Sequence record: OP617745.1
Direction: 5' to 3' (one strand)
Length of the DNA stretch: 64,000 nucleotides
Shown: in pieces, positions 22,101 to 29,548 of the stretch
How the letters are laid out: every line of letters starts with the position of its first letter
Numbering within the stretch: the first letter of the stretch is position 1
Made by a program: the position numbers and the translations under genes
The notes under the pieces: generated by a model
What the model saw: only the letters and a program-made list of their open reading frames with translations
What the model was told of the DNA's origin: nothing
Databases searched by the model: none

Positions 22101-23088
22101 AAACTTTACCACTTTTAATTAATACAACATCACCATCAAGTGGTTCACCACTTACACGTTCTGGTGTTTCTTCATCTGGGTCTAATGCTAAACCATAAAC
22201 GCGAGTACCATCCTGCATTTGGTTGATGTATACTTTATAAATTCTGTTATTTTCACCACTGTTACCAATGCTGGTAAAAAGAATACGCATTCCGTCTAAT
22301 GGGATTTGTCCATCAATACGAATACCCTGATTAATATCTTTTTGTACGATATCTTCTGGTTTTAATGAATCACTTAGTAGATCCACCACACCACGGAACT
22401 GTGTACCAAAATTCATTAGTTCGATATCTTTGTTATATTCAATAATTGGTACTTGTGCACGTACAAAACGATTATCATATGATAATTCATCATTCAGTAC
22501 TGAACCATCTGGTAAAGTATCACCAATGGTATACCAGAAGTTTTGTAATGACCATAAGTTTCCGTTTTTAGCATTACGTTGCATTACAACATAATCAGGA
22601 CTAGTGATACCATATTCATTTTCAGTATCCCAAAGATATGAACTAAAATTAATCATTTTATTTGGATTAATTGGTGGAGTCCATGAATAAATTCTTGAAT
22701 TAAACAGTCGGCTTTGATTATCAGTAATTGCACCATAATGATTCATATAAGAAACCAGATCATCATAGAATTCAATACTACGAATACTTTGATCTACATT
22801 ACGGGAGACATAAGCTGGAGATAACTGATATGCTTGGCGTGGTTGTGTTGATTCATTAACGAAAATCTTACCACTCGCTGCTGGAGAACCCATATCACCA
22901 AGATACCCATCAACTATTTTTTGTTCAGTTGGATTAAAGAATTGTTGAATAACATCATCACATACCTTTTGGATATCTTCCAAGCCTTGCATCCATTCTG
23001 GTAATCTCTTAATGAACAACTTTTGTTGTACTGCTTCAGCCGTTTTTGTTGGTTGAAACTTAAAATCATTAGCCATGTTTAGCTCCAT
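13108..23088 (-). CDS. Giant (3326 aa) virion structural protein, probably baseplate wedge
   Basis: Uninterrupted 10-kb ORF directly downstream of the gp6-like gene; IIEYFNEVKPYRTKIR motif; late promoter upstream. Confidence 0.7.
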   Translation of the reverse strand: MELNMANDFKFQPTKTAEAVQQKLFIKRLPEWMQGLEDIQKVCDDVIQQFFNPTEQKIVDGYLGDMGSPAASGKIFVNESTQPRQAYQLSPAYVSRNVDQSIRSIEFYDDLVSYMNHYGAITDNQSRLFNSRIYSWTPPINPNKMINFSSYLWDTENEYGITSPDYVVMQRNAKNGNLWSLQNFWYTIGDTLPDGSVLNDELSYDNRFVRAQVPIIEYNKDIELMNFGTQFRGVVDLLSDSLKPEDIVQKDINQGIRIDGQIPLDGMRILFTSIGNSGENNRIYKVYINQMQDGTRVYGLALDPDEETPERVSGEPLDGDVVLIKSGKVYGNTTMYWNGHNWIATQKKNGTNAFPLFQLYDRNGVKLQDSTVYPSSTFSGSSLFGLKINYNYKVDSYYGYNVELGDYNYYIYENFIESTRYEYTSSGETKEIPGFYYYNIIGDEDSVLKTDWVRSTEFSKQFVKQTPQIERTDMYRVFSTVYEMESFSSQAIDGMYAYVIETNATYQYYKEESETYYDWHMVNTEGIQSELYNRSYELAQKVIDGSSDIIEIQVNGVVVEDYTRNVSNGKVQSITIGDSVDLDSESVIQIRTYSSTEVPDTNLGSYEIPVNLQNNPYSDNISYIDQSNYTLHFQEIVQKNITSGAVDNINDYEERLEQGLVDNAVGTKIIQNEGSLLPLMAHTANSDIDLFEALMFLQGEYLRFNNRFENYMLNMYKEDPSKFLSTSSSDICDTILSNINVGKDSTFAFYYDGVGSTTTTIRTFIPPTPQFMGVLKVHKPEKTVYLTAASKQVPYNIRHTGEITKSYRVINGVDKMDDVIYELENRIYNSIDNTFKDEDYQPELDSSDLFPTPYYRDTEYSAEERDELLLRGYINFIATNGIDSTTHNYDQQNWMTWNYSGTYYTVNGVITDFPARGSWRAIYTDQFGTYRPATHPWEMFGFGVRPTWWNQEYEPTEVQVGTNEDDILYVYEALVVNESGELVPSGLWDVNGVKGDASTGTILYGDRKGQHDKYKRFGTQPFVITKTGEYSTNGKEICTVDYIQPDVLGLVKGTIKERSAPWSYGDMGDNEFTYMNNAMFSYDVMMQIYRAKPAQFCNYFWDTLNDTLKTVKTGGLQLQYKETRTRLNFNSDTVVHGENNTRVLGYQMAVSNYLTYQSKNITSKYGDLVRTSYISIAHKLGGFTKSNELTFTSESFGLISQENQTIGLVRSNNIKNEVLSAVKITFNGSNYIIKGYDLVNATFTYKLPVKNGKKVTVTEGNRTVVHYMEWKEDDTLEYGSILNTFQDVYTFLCGYGQYLVEHGWIFEDVDDTGVQQDWSTIAKYFLQWSTTDLTIGDYISCTPSSKNAKFGTYFGSVQSISETNGGVWSLLDDDNSGIYPYEVETSRIGNVFTVRVNEDADKRMALVRLGVCSWEHAVVFDDKTIFGDSIYQPTFGSIQELVKMYGYITDNWVGRLQAPGFIILEAGTLPSFETLVTNFQHYYDSNDPVSDVQLYDLSTHVIGYQTRDYLQQMITNNPNRVDFYRGFIRDKGSNLVMERVLRVSKSYNTDEYKALQEWAFKVGTYGNVNAKKNLQFQLINSDFKQEPQLVTFDKDVNTSTSSTEIVYYGSQGEDSRWITRPKGKFRFPMRSGKSGNIHLPDIGPVNLNEVSYTTWTYQDSYEDRMNYIKNNGENPDSVWMFVDMNQEWNIFDLVDTGVSMLSITPIENTDTYAEQYCTVQLDAEAPLDDGDYYYFVDDTYFMPDALTVESQYFTAGDDKTKIVVPFDTSITINFTDPDTRPKLYKYTSRFSDTTERQAYIDKKYSFDVPDSTLFDRPSTYNSKTNITELYLNIFDPINGVLPGTAMKDVSYISPVDPAQYNSNGETLQAWGSEKVGQVWWDTSTAFYLDYTRPVLDENGDIDEDATNEYRRYNWGRLLPHSDINVLEWVKSPVQPYNWDKYCQEQTKNNKNNTMYIPSGTAIMDNYTSFIEYDETTDSYVTYYYFWVRDTIYVPPINTRSKSCTDIARIIKDPHLLDVPWFAPINENSFILSNMQYEITDDTSILTVSYHEDSVDIIKHEQYQLCKEGDSYNFNSDIWNSLWNSLKGHETTKSGVVNEIVYPGVELGLGSSKTWFMDLIEARRTFVDSANNYYKTQNIITDTVLMSEVFKVKTTEVNENSVTFRVLAYNNEFVVSTDFDKFDENDAVILSSTGVLPSPLDTTSVYFVHYDSNGYIRFMTTKSTDANPSTITLEGLGEGQHSMIKQSDYVESLGTSLDMTQYWEYADWYSDGYDENTDYTQEASLDIANTKNYQVGDVIRITDSDGWTMYVKTSSRNTVFWNAIGRQNSTIALNSSLYDGYEVYNSDGSLSNKEINVRSALDLIKNTFDLAQSNIVFDMVKYVHVEQGVVDWVFKTSYIYIVGLEQSLKQNYTNDELINQIIEYFNEVKPYRTKIRSQIEQKTSDTDYVYGVCNDLDPNGYEYNGTIWVKTQSDIWDHEYAEYNESTGQWVVVGSIPNDFVYPDRKFQEIDISMQFDNVQCQPDSDLYDVTSLEENNAKYVSNSDDNVQYYEIQRFKYTLPVVEVDEIYTQISVDMFELYSDFDTSLDLVDAINAWYKLNVDDAERTESFTSDLDRITSELYSTSNLTQDVRMYSQYNTLSNRLKLYSSMSSDVIHDTIGCGLSGEIYNDNPNTRLPFGFSSSSDFNMGYFEISEDLFAHYRELILEETPDADEETIRSVMEIEYGIYCFKYDIDSQGRYYKDAIHVLTAIRNTFDKDSDDPYAYAEDILNSNRKSMDIQAFVMIPRKYIRFNINGSYVSIPDDRSIDEYMEDLFITDGSVVTAVEIDMDDLEMDDNNPMYSDYMVVLEGIKGQKYYNDMNAYDNLGLESQYKTVALSYEGDLTESVFIDISELNPSANSISQMRFTVDGYSNDSTSLQQIKDFSRFQIEGFVVLNPYKRTEAIVSIPPYSLVQNYVNRTVIKKDSYNYISTIDSIISSTEFLMKNSNLNSGDKVMVFTPDGDDYYRYQNFTHELILSTDKIKENDRPIMFEVELNNGVYSLVDSNGNKLEFNNLTTNNTGEPYTKTSINVIRIRSFADHEFNNNGDLLYESIRNYRVDVMDYDVFYDISLNNGDYTDEIDPLDLDVWLISNELVETSDGVVDSGYFMPNTGVGTLDELVRIGTPESLEFTVYEYDVDDIKPVFDGVRWTYSYDLTDKVYIGDTTCTVTSVTKVENENTTYVVEPVSVGTYSVKDNIITGSTSYDDIIVLGYEKVHVRNNNNILRSDMYSAEHYFAKGETYTFTGINLGVELNFSVYKNYYKPIDVSVYANSLKIDGLVLNNLLNVI

Positions 23089-23114
23089 AAATTCTTTCTT
23101 ATATCATATGTTTT

Positions 23115-23121
23115 TATTTAT
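23115..23121 (-). promoter_or_regulatory. Putative late promoter ATAAATA
   Basis: About 27-40 nt upstream of the giant ORF start. Confidence 0.55.
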
Positions 23122-23125
23122 TACA

Positions 23126-23152
23126 TAAAAAGGCGTCCACAGGGGACGCCTT
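23126..23152 (-). terminator. Intrinsic terminator after the gp6-like gene
   Basis: AAGGCGTCC-acagg-GGACGCCTT; T tract follows on the minus strand. Confidence 0.65.
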
Positions 23153-23155
23153 AAA

Positions 23156-26100
23156 TTATGAACCAATATTGATATTAGTCTTAGCAAGGGATTTGACAAT
23201 TTGTACATTATCAACTGTTGCAGTACTAATAAAAATCTGATCACTTTGAGATGGTATTTCAAATAAAGAACCAAATTTAGAATCTGGATTTTGTGATACA
23301 ATAACGATTGTACTAATATACCTACCTAAATTACTTTGAATATAAGTACACAAATCAGTATAATAAAAACTTTCACCAAAGTCCCAGTTATCTATACTGA
23401 AGTATTCATTACAAAGAGAAATAACATTTTGTCTTATTTCATCATCACTCATAGTAGTATTTGGTAGTGGTACCACTTTGAAATCAGCCCTGTATGATTC
23501 ATCTGCACTATCACCAAATAAAGGAAGATATCTTGCACTGTGCCAAATTAAACTATCACTGATTACACTCCTTAACTCAACATCGCTAAATGTTTGTTTA
23601 AGTTCAACTGAAGTTGGTGGTTTAGGAATAGTACCACTTGCACCATTCTTAATCCACAATTGTACTTCATCATGATAAGATGTTGTTAATACATACATAT
23701 CAATTAGGTTAGTTTTACTTGGATCTATGCGATTATCATCTGGTGCATAATGTTTCCAGTGGAAATATACACCGCTTCTTGCACCAACTTTAACATCGTA
23801 TTGAGTACTTACATCATCATATCCATAATAACTGAGTTTTTGGTTTTCATCAACATCGGATGAACCGTTATTCATAATAGCTCTATAAAACGCAGTTTCT
23901 GGTGTAATAGCCGAAGTATCATCAGATGAAGTCATATTTGTAATTAAATTATTAAGACGATCATTGTTATTTCCAACATTTTGTTCAATAAAGTAATAAT
24001 TATCATTGTACACAAATCCAATAACAAAACCTGAACCTTTATTGAACAAATCACTCAATAAGGTACTTCTGATTTCCACGTTTCTGGTAAATTCTTTTCG
24101 TTTATATGCATTGGTTTCTGCTAATGCATCAGAATTAGTATATTTCCATGAAGAATCTAATAAAGTAAAATCATCATCTGGTAAATTTAATGCTTCTACA
24201 GTGAAATCTTCATTTTGCTGGAATATCAAAATTGCACCATATTTTTTGAGATCAGTTGATTCCCAGTCCGGTACTATATTACTGAATTGATTTGGCTCAA
24301 GTGGGATACCATTGGTATCTATTTTAGTACTACTGATAACTACACGAGAACCATCTATATAACCATTATCCTGTTCAATATTATCAATAATCTGGAACTG
24401 GATATCACTAGACAGACCCAAATTACTGGTATCAGTAGTATTTGAACTTAAAATTGTTATTTTATCGTTCTTTACTGTACCACTGTTGATATCATTAATT
24501 TTATTTGGGTTAACAAAATAAAAACGAACTTTAGAACCACCAACGAAGATATATTCAATACCATTTGATTCAAAACTCCATGATTCAGATGTGTACTTGA
24601 TATTAACCATTACTGGAACAGTAATACCCTGATATGAGATTTCTTCTTCATCAGTACTGATTTCAACTGGAACCCAACGTGAAATAGATGTATCATAAAT
24701 GAGTACAAAATCAGTTTTTTTATCCAGTTCAGCGGAAATAGATTGAATTTCGACTGAATTAAAACTAATTCGGTAAGGTTTGATATATTCCTGAATATAC
24801 ATAGATGTAGGAACAGTAGTACTTAAAATATAATACCCATTCTCAAGGACATTAGTGATACTACTCCATATCGTCGTGTTTCCATCAGTGAATAAAATTA
24901 AAGTACCAACTTGGTAATCATACAAGGTCTTTCCTGTACTATCAAGTATTTTACCATATGTATTGTTTGTATAATTTGAATTATATTCAGGAGTCCAGAT
25001 ATTTCTCAATTCAAGTGTGACAGTATTACTTGGATATGATTGATATTTCTGTATAACTGCATTTTCACCAATTAATGGTTGGATACTATCAACTACTATA
25101 CTTGCATTTGGTTTAGATGTTGGCAATGATACTGTATTTTTATAAGTAACTTTATCTTTATACATACTACCATCATCACTGAATACATCAGTGTTTTGAT
25201 ATTTCCCGGTTGGGTCATTAATGTCAATGAATCGTGACTGACCACTATATATTCGGTTAATAGCTTTTGCTTTTTGAACCAAATTACCCTGACTTAATGG
25301 TGCAATATCATAATCCTCACCATTGACAAATCGGTTTTGGGTGTAATATAATTGTGGAGCACGAGCTTTAATCTGTTCCAGAGTTTCAGCACTTTGTGCA
25401 CGACTACTTTCGTACTGTAATGTAAATTTAACTTCAAGGATACTCTGTTCGTAGTTTGATTGTGCATTAGTTCTGTACTGATATTTTATACTTTTATTTT
25501 GGATATCAGTTGTTTTAATACTGTATGTCATCCCATTACTAACACGATACCACGTTCTGAATGTTCCACGTGGAACAACACCACTTCTTGAATCAGGAAA
25601 CTTAATACTAATTTGATCATTATCACGCGTGGTTACAGCGAAAATAGTTTGTTTTTTTCTGTCTACACTGTTATAAGCAACACTTTCCATTGCAGGAACT
25701 TTAGTCCATTTGGTTCTTACTAAACCGTCCTGATTAATTTCTTGTACCCAAACATCTGTTTCATTAATATTATTAACATTAATATCCTGTAAACGGTTTT
25801 CAATACTCACACTATAATCGAAGTCTTGTTTAGAAAGTGTGCCTTGTTTGAAATAAACGAAAAATCCAGTATTGATTGAATTAAAACCATTACCATCATT
25901 CTGATAAATGATATATTTTTGTTCTTGTGGTTCAGGATGGCGTTCATCTACACCAGAAGAGTTAATATCAGGGTTTACTACTTCAAATTTCATACTTTCA
26001 CCATTTACGTTTGCACTAAATGGGATAGCTGGTGATTGCATTTGATTAGTATTCATTTTATACAAATGAGTACTCAACCCATTCACATTAGTTTTCTTAA

Positions 26101-26620
26101 CTGGATTGCCAAACTGGTTGGTACTCACAAAAACATTGTTCATAACCAGAATAAAATTCTCGTACCAGTTAGGATCAGTAGGGTCATTCCATCTAATCGT
26201 TTTATCTTTAAGTGATTTATTAAAACTATTTCGTACATCCTGGTTTGTTTTTATTTCAGTGACTTTAGCTAATGCACGACCTGGATATGAACGTCTTGGA
26301 GCATAAGAGATCATTTTAGCAAGTTTAAGTACCGAAGCCCTGCGGGTTGCAGTATCCATAAAGTTTTCACGAGTGTTCATGTCCATACGAAATGCAAGGT
26401 TTTGACCAAGCATGGCAATCGTGTCCAGAATGAATAAAAATTCATCATTTGCAATCCAGTCATTGAATGTATCAGGATAGTTAGTACTAAGATAGTCAAC
26501 CATACTTTGACGTATACTATCGAAATCATATGAATTCAATGAAATTTGATAAAAACTTTCATATATTTGCGACCAGTCTTCACCAGCGTATAAATTAGAT
26601 TGTCTTCTTTGCTGAGACAT
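23156..26620 (-). CDS. Baseplate wedge subunit (T4 gp6-like)
   Basis: DFDSIRQSMVDYL, NLAFRMDMNTRENFMDTATRRASVLKLAKMISY, QNRFVNGEDY and WDFGESFYYTDL. Confidence 0.85.
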   Translation of the reverse strand: MSQQRRQSNLYAGEDWSQIYESFYQISLNSYDFDSIRQSMVDYLSTNYPDTFNDWIANDEFLFILDTIAMLGQNLAFRMDMNTRENFMDTATRRASVLKLAKMISYAPRRSYPGRALAKVTEIKTNQDVRNSFNKSLKDKTIRWNDPTDPNWYENFILVMNNVFVSTNQFGNPVKKTNVNGLSTHLYKMNTNQMQSPAIPFSANVNGESMKFEVVNPDINSSGVDERHPEPQEQKYIIYQNDGNGFNSINTGFFVYFKQGTLSKQDFDYSVSIENRLQDINVNNINETDVWVQEINQDGLVRTKWTKVPAMESVAYNSVDRKKQTIFAVTTRDNDQISIKFPDSRSGVVPRGTFRTWYRVSNGMTYSIKTTDIQNKSIKYQYRTNAQSNYEQSILEVKFTLQYESSRAQSAETLEQIKARAPQLYYTQNRFVNGEDYDIAPLSQGNLVQKAKAINRIYSGQSRFIDINDPTGKYQNTDVFSDDGSMYKDKVTYKNTVSLPTSKPNASIVVDSIQPLIGENAVIQKYQSYPSNTVTLELRNIWTPEYNSNYTNNTYGKILDSTGKTLYDYQVGTLILFTDGNTTIWSSITNVLENGYYILSTTVPTSMYIQEYIKPYRISFNSVEIQSISAELDKKTDFVLIYDTSISRWVPVEISTDEEEISYQGITVPVMVNIKYTSESWSFESNGIEYIFVGGSKVRFYFVNPNKINDINSGTVKNDKITILSSNTTDTSNLGLSSDIQFQIIDNIEQDNGYIDGSRVVISSTKIDTNGIPLEPNQFSNIVPDWESTDLKKYGAILIFQQNEDFTVEALNLPDDDFTLLDSSWKYTNSDALAETNAYKRKEFTRNVEIRSTLLSDLFNKGSGFVIGFVYNDNYYFIEQNVGNNNDRLNNLITNMTSSDDTSAITPETAFYRAIMNNGSSDVDENQKLSYYGYDDVSTQYDVKVGARSGVYFHWKHYAPDDNRIDPSKTNLIDMYVLTTSYHDEVQLWIKNGASGTIPKPPTSVELKQTFSDVELRSVISDSLIWHSARYLPLFGDSADESYRADFKVVPLPNTTMSDDEIRQNVISLCNEYFSIDNWDFGESFYYTDLCTYIQSNLGRYISTIVIVSQNPDSKFGSLFEIPSQSDQIFISTATVDNVQIVKSLAKTNINIGS

Positions 26621-26838
26621 ATATGTTATTCCTTTAAAATTATGTTGAATGTATTTTTAAAGTGCTGTATAAGTACTGAAATATGATTTTCATCATATCT
26701 AATTCTCAATAGTCATTCTTTATACACGTAATTATGTTTTCTAATGATTCATTATTACTTTGGTATTGTAAATTGATTCATTTAACCATATAAAATACTA
26801 TCCAGTACTATATTCTATGAAGATATTTATAAAATAAT

Positions 26839-26861
26839 AAAGGCTCCATATCGGAGCCTTT
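26839..26861 (-). terminator. Hairpin/terminator after the gp25-like gene
   Basis: AAAGGCTCC-atatc-GGAGCCTTT. Confidence 0.6.
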
Positions 26862-26868
26862 AATGTTA

Positions 26869-27258
26869 TTATGAAACAACATAAGATGACATTTTATCAG
26901 TGTTTCTGTTATCAAATACCATACGAAGAGTTTCAACTGAATTTAGAATTACATACTTCAGTTGTAATTCAACTACATAACCGTAATCAATTTTTTCGGC
27001 TGCAATATTCAATAGTTCAACTCTTGGTTCTTCATACACAATTCTCCTACAGTCAGCTTCAATAAGATTGAGTGTGTTGTAGCTATCCAGTGAGAAGATT
27101 AAATCCCAACCAATAAACCCGTAGTTAGCATCAAATGCTCTCTCTCCTTTTCTGGTATTGAAGTGATTGAGAAGGTCTTGACGAATCAATTCTTCATTGT
27201 ATAATGTTTTTGTTCTACCCTGTGATGGAGTAGAGAATCCTTTAAAAACAACAGCCAT
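26869..27258 (-). CDS. Baseplate wedge subunit (gp25/GPW-like)
   Basis: DLLNHFNTRKGER..NYG..WDLIF...EPRVEL is the gp25 signature. Confidence 0.85.
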   Translation of the reverse strand: MAVVFKGFSTPSQGRTKTLYNEELIRQDLLNHFNTRKGERAFDANYGFIGWDLIFSLDSYNTLNLIEADCRRIVYEEPRVELLNIAAEKIDYGYVVELQLKYVILNSVETLRMVFDNRNTDKMSSYVVS

Positions 27259-27272
27259 ATATTAATTTCCTG

Positions 27273-27761
27273 TTATGCAGCAGATTCGACGATTTTAGCC
27301 ATTTTATCTGCACGAGATGTAGTTTGACGATACCACAGTGAATCACGCATCTGACGTCCTGCTTCTTTATAATCAGCACGACCTAAAGCAGCAAGTGCTT
27401 TTTTGAAGTTAAGCACTTTTGATTTACCCATTTGAAATACCATTAGCCATAGAACACGCTGTACGCTCTCTGGAGCAGTCATACCGAATTGTTGATAGAT
27501 TGCCTTAGCATCATTGTATGCTTGCTTAGCGTCCTTCAGGAGCAGTGCATCAGCCTCTTTTTCAGTTAGTCCGTTTTTAAAGTTCTCGCCTTTTAAAACA
27601 AGATGACCATAACCAATAGTATCTAGACCTAAACTGTCTTTGTATACCCAGAATTTGTTATTTTTAAAATAACCAAGTTTAGACTGATACGCGATAGTAC
27701 CTTCAAACTCTTTGACTTCAGTAAAAAACTGTTTATCATCACTAGAAATAGACCAGCCCAT
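27273..27761 (-). CDS. T4-type (GH24) lysozyme, stand-alone
   Basis: EFEG...YKDSLGLDTIGYGHL, MVFQMG, A...MRDSLWYRQT..RA. Confidence 0.9.
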   Translation of the reverse strand: MGWSISSDDKQFFTEVKEFEGTIAYQSKLGYFKNNKFWVYKDSLGLDTIGYGHLVLKGENFKNGLTEKEADALLLKDAKQAYNDAKAIYQQFGMTAPESVQRVLWLMVFQMGKSKVLNFKKALAALGRADYKEAGRQMRDSLWYRQTTSRADKMAKIVESAA

Positions 27762-27797
27762 ATTTTTACCTCTTTTACTTAAATTTACTTGACTTTG

Positions 27798-27804
27798 TAT
27801 TTAT
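27798..27804 (-). promoter_or_regulatory. Putative late promoter ATAAATA
   Basis: About 37 nt upstream of the lysozyme start. Confidence 0.6.
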
Positions 27805-27871
27805 ATTAGAGTACATTTGTGTAGTAAAAATATTTGAATACTAAAAGTTGTTAATTATTTAAGGTGTTTAA

Positions 27872-28294
27872 ATGAGATATGATGTTATAAATGATGTTAG
27901 ATCTGTTTCTGTGGTTAATAAAAAGTACTTCTATAAACCAAAAGGTAAAAACAATAAGAAGTATGAAACCATGATTGATGAATACGGAACAGAAGTGATT
28001 TGTAGTGATGTACCACTTGATTTACCAGAATTATCATATGAATACAATTCTTCAATTGAATACAATGGTGTTGAATTTATTTATAGAACGTATATTCGTG
28101 ATAATTATGAAATAGAAGATGATGTAATATACAGACGTATGACAGATTACACTGAAATGGATGAAGATGAGCTATTCCAGTACTCATTGGTATTCGAGAA
28201 TGATAATTTTTCATTTCATGATGCAGTTAAAATACAAAAATGGTTAATTATGAGATATCGTGTTGTTAATACCACGATTAATGTGGATTTATAA
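27872..28294 (+). CDS. Hypothetical protein
   Basis: 140-aa ORF with AAGG RBS. Confidence 0.6.
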   Translation: MRYDVINDVRSVSVVNKKYFYKPKGKNNKKYETMIDEYGTEVICSDVPLDLPELSYEYNSSIEYNGVEFIYRTYIRDNYEIEDDVIYRRMTDYTEMDEDELFQYSLVFENDNFSFHDAVKIQKWLIMRYRVVNTTINVDL

Positions 28295-28305
28295 GAGAGA
28301 TTATA

Positions 28306-28764
28306 ATGCCTGGAAAACCAGAGAAAATTTATGACAATACAGAATTAACCATTATACTGAAAAATGTAAACAATTACAAGAATCTAAGTCCAGAAGCAAG
28401 GGAGATATTCAAAGAAACGAATATCAAGTACAAACCGAGCGGTGCTGAAAGACCCTATGATATGGATCATATTTACTATATGATTAGAGTTCTAACTGAG
28501 GTGTCACTTGATTCAGTACGAAAGAGTTTAATTCTAAGGACAGGTGTAGTATTATCTAACAAGTCAATACAAAGATATAAGCGTGTTGTAATAGAAGTAT
28601 CAAAAGCATTGTTATGTACACACAGAAATGGTATTGCTTTGCATATCAAAAAAGAAGAAGGAAAACACTATTTGACAGATCAACAAAGTTCCAGATTGAA
28701 CACTTTAAGGAAAAAGGGTGTCCCTATTGAGGACATGATAAATTACCTACAGAAACTGCTCTAG
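28306..28764 (+). CDS. Hypothetical basic protein (possible DNA-binding)
   Basis: 152-aa Lys/Arg-rich ORF; its stop abuts the repeat locus. Confidence 0.55.
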   Translation: MPGKPEKIYDNTELTIILKNVNNYKNLSPEAREIFKETNIKYKPSGAERPYDMDHIYYMIRVLTEVSLDSVRKSLILRTGVVLSNKSIQRYKRVVIEVSKALLCTHRNGIALHIKKEEGKHYLTDQQSSRLNTLRKKGVPIEDMINYLQKLL

Positions 28765-28920
28765 CCCAGTATTCATGCGGGTTGTAGGAATTAGGGACAC
28801 CTTTTTGTGTGTTTTTTTGGTGCAGTGTCCCTAATTCAGACCAAGAACCCAGTATTCATGCGGGTTGTAGGAATTAAGGACACTCTATTATTAAATTCAT
28901 ACTTTTCCTGTCCTTAATTC
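28765..28920. repeat. Two 36-bp direct repeats (28765-28800, 28848-28883), each completed by a downstream inverted arm
   Basis: CCCAGTATTCATGCGGGTTGTAGGAATTA(G/A)GGACAC twice, 35/36 identical; arms GTGTCCCTAATTC (28825-28837) and TGTCCTTAATTC (28909-28920). Confidence 0.9.
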
Positions 28921-29180
28921 AATAGGTCGCTACGCTCAAATATTGATCTTCGTCACTCCGTTCCTCGATCAATATTAAAATCGGCAATTTGCGTTTTGTT
29001 CTCGATTCGCAAGCGAACCAATCACAAACCAGCAGCGAATTGCGAATCTCCCTTCGGTCAGTCAGTAATACTGCTTTTGGGAGAAAGCAACTCTCGGAGT
29101 GATGAAAAAAACGAATTCCATTCGCCTCATGAAAAACCAACGAATAGTCGGTTCTGTTGAATTACTTGAATTATAATTGT

Positions 29181-29487
29181 CTGTATTCACTTCTAAGGAG
29201 TTTTATACACTTCCTTAGTGGTTCTATGTATTAAACAAGAAAACACATCAGAATGCGATACAGGAATTCTCGTAGCTATTATCAAAGCAGTTACTATCCA
29301 TTGTAATATCTGCTCCATTAAAAGGACGCCCAATTCAGTACTGAAAAACTTTTGTGAGTAAGTCATTTCAAACTGATTAATTTAAGGACACCCATTCAAA
29401 TTAGCTGTATCCACTTCTAAGAAGTTTTATACAATTCCTTAGTGGTTTTATGTCTTAAACAAGAAAACGCATCAGAATGCGATACAG
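29181..29487. repeat. Two 83-bp direct repeats (29181-29263, 29405-29487)
   Basis: 77/83 identical; each bounded by CTGTAT...ATACAG and holding internal hairpins. Confidence 0.9.
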
Positions 29488-29513
29488 AGCGTTTTATGTG
29501 GTGTTACAGAAAT

Positions 29514-29548
29514 AACAAAAGGAGCACAAGGCTCCCTTTGTTTTTTTT
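29514..29548. terminator. Intrinsic terminator
   Basis: GGAGC-acaag-GCTCC with A and T flanks, next to the gp5-like stop. Confidence 0.7.

Noticed and set aside
26621-26868. AT-rich 250-bp gap as a hidden gene or ncRNA
   Set aside because: No ORF, repeat or stable structure beyond the terminator-like hairpin; most simply promoter or UTR space.
28765-28883. Mini CRISPR array (36-bp repeats, 47-nt spacer)
   Set aside because: Only two repeats; the 'spacer' contains the reverse complement of the repeat end; no cas genes in the window.
29181-29487. tRNA or hammerhead ribozyme
   Set aside because: No T-loop motif or CCA; the minus strand has CTGATG(C/T) rather than CTGANGA and no correctly placed GAAA.
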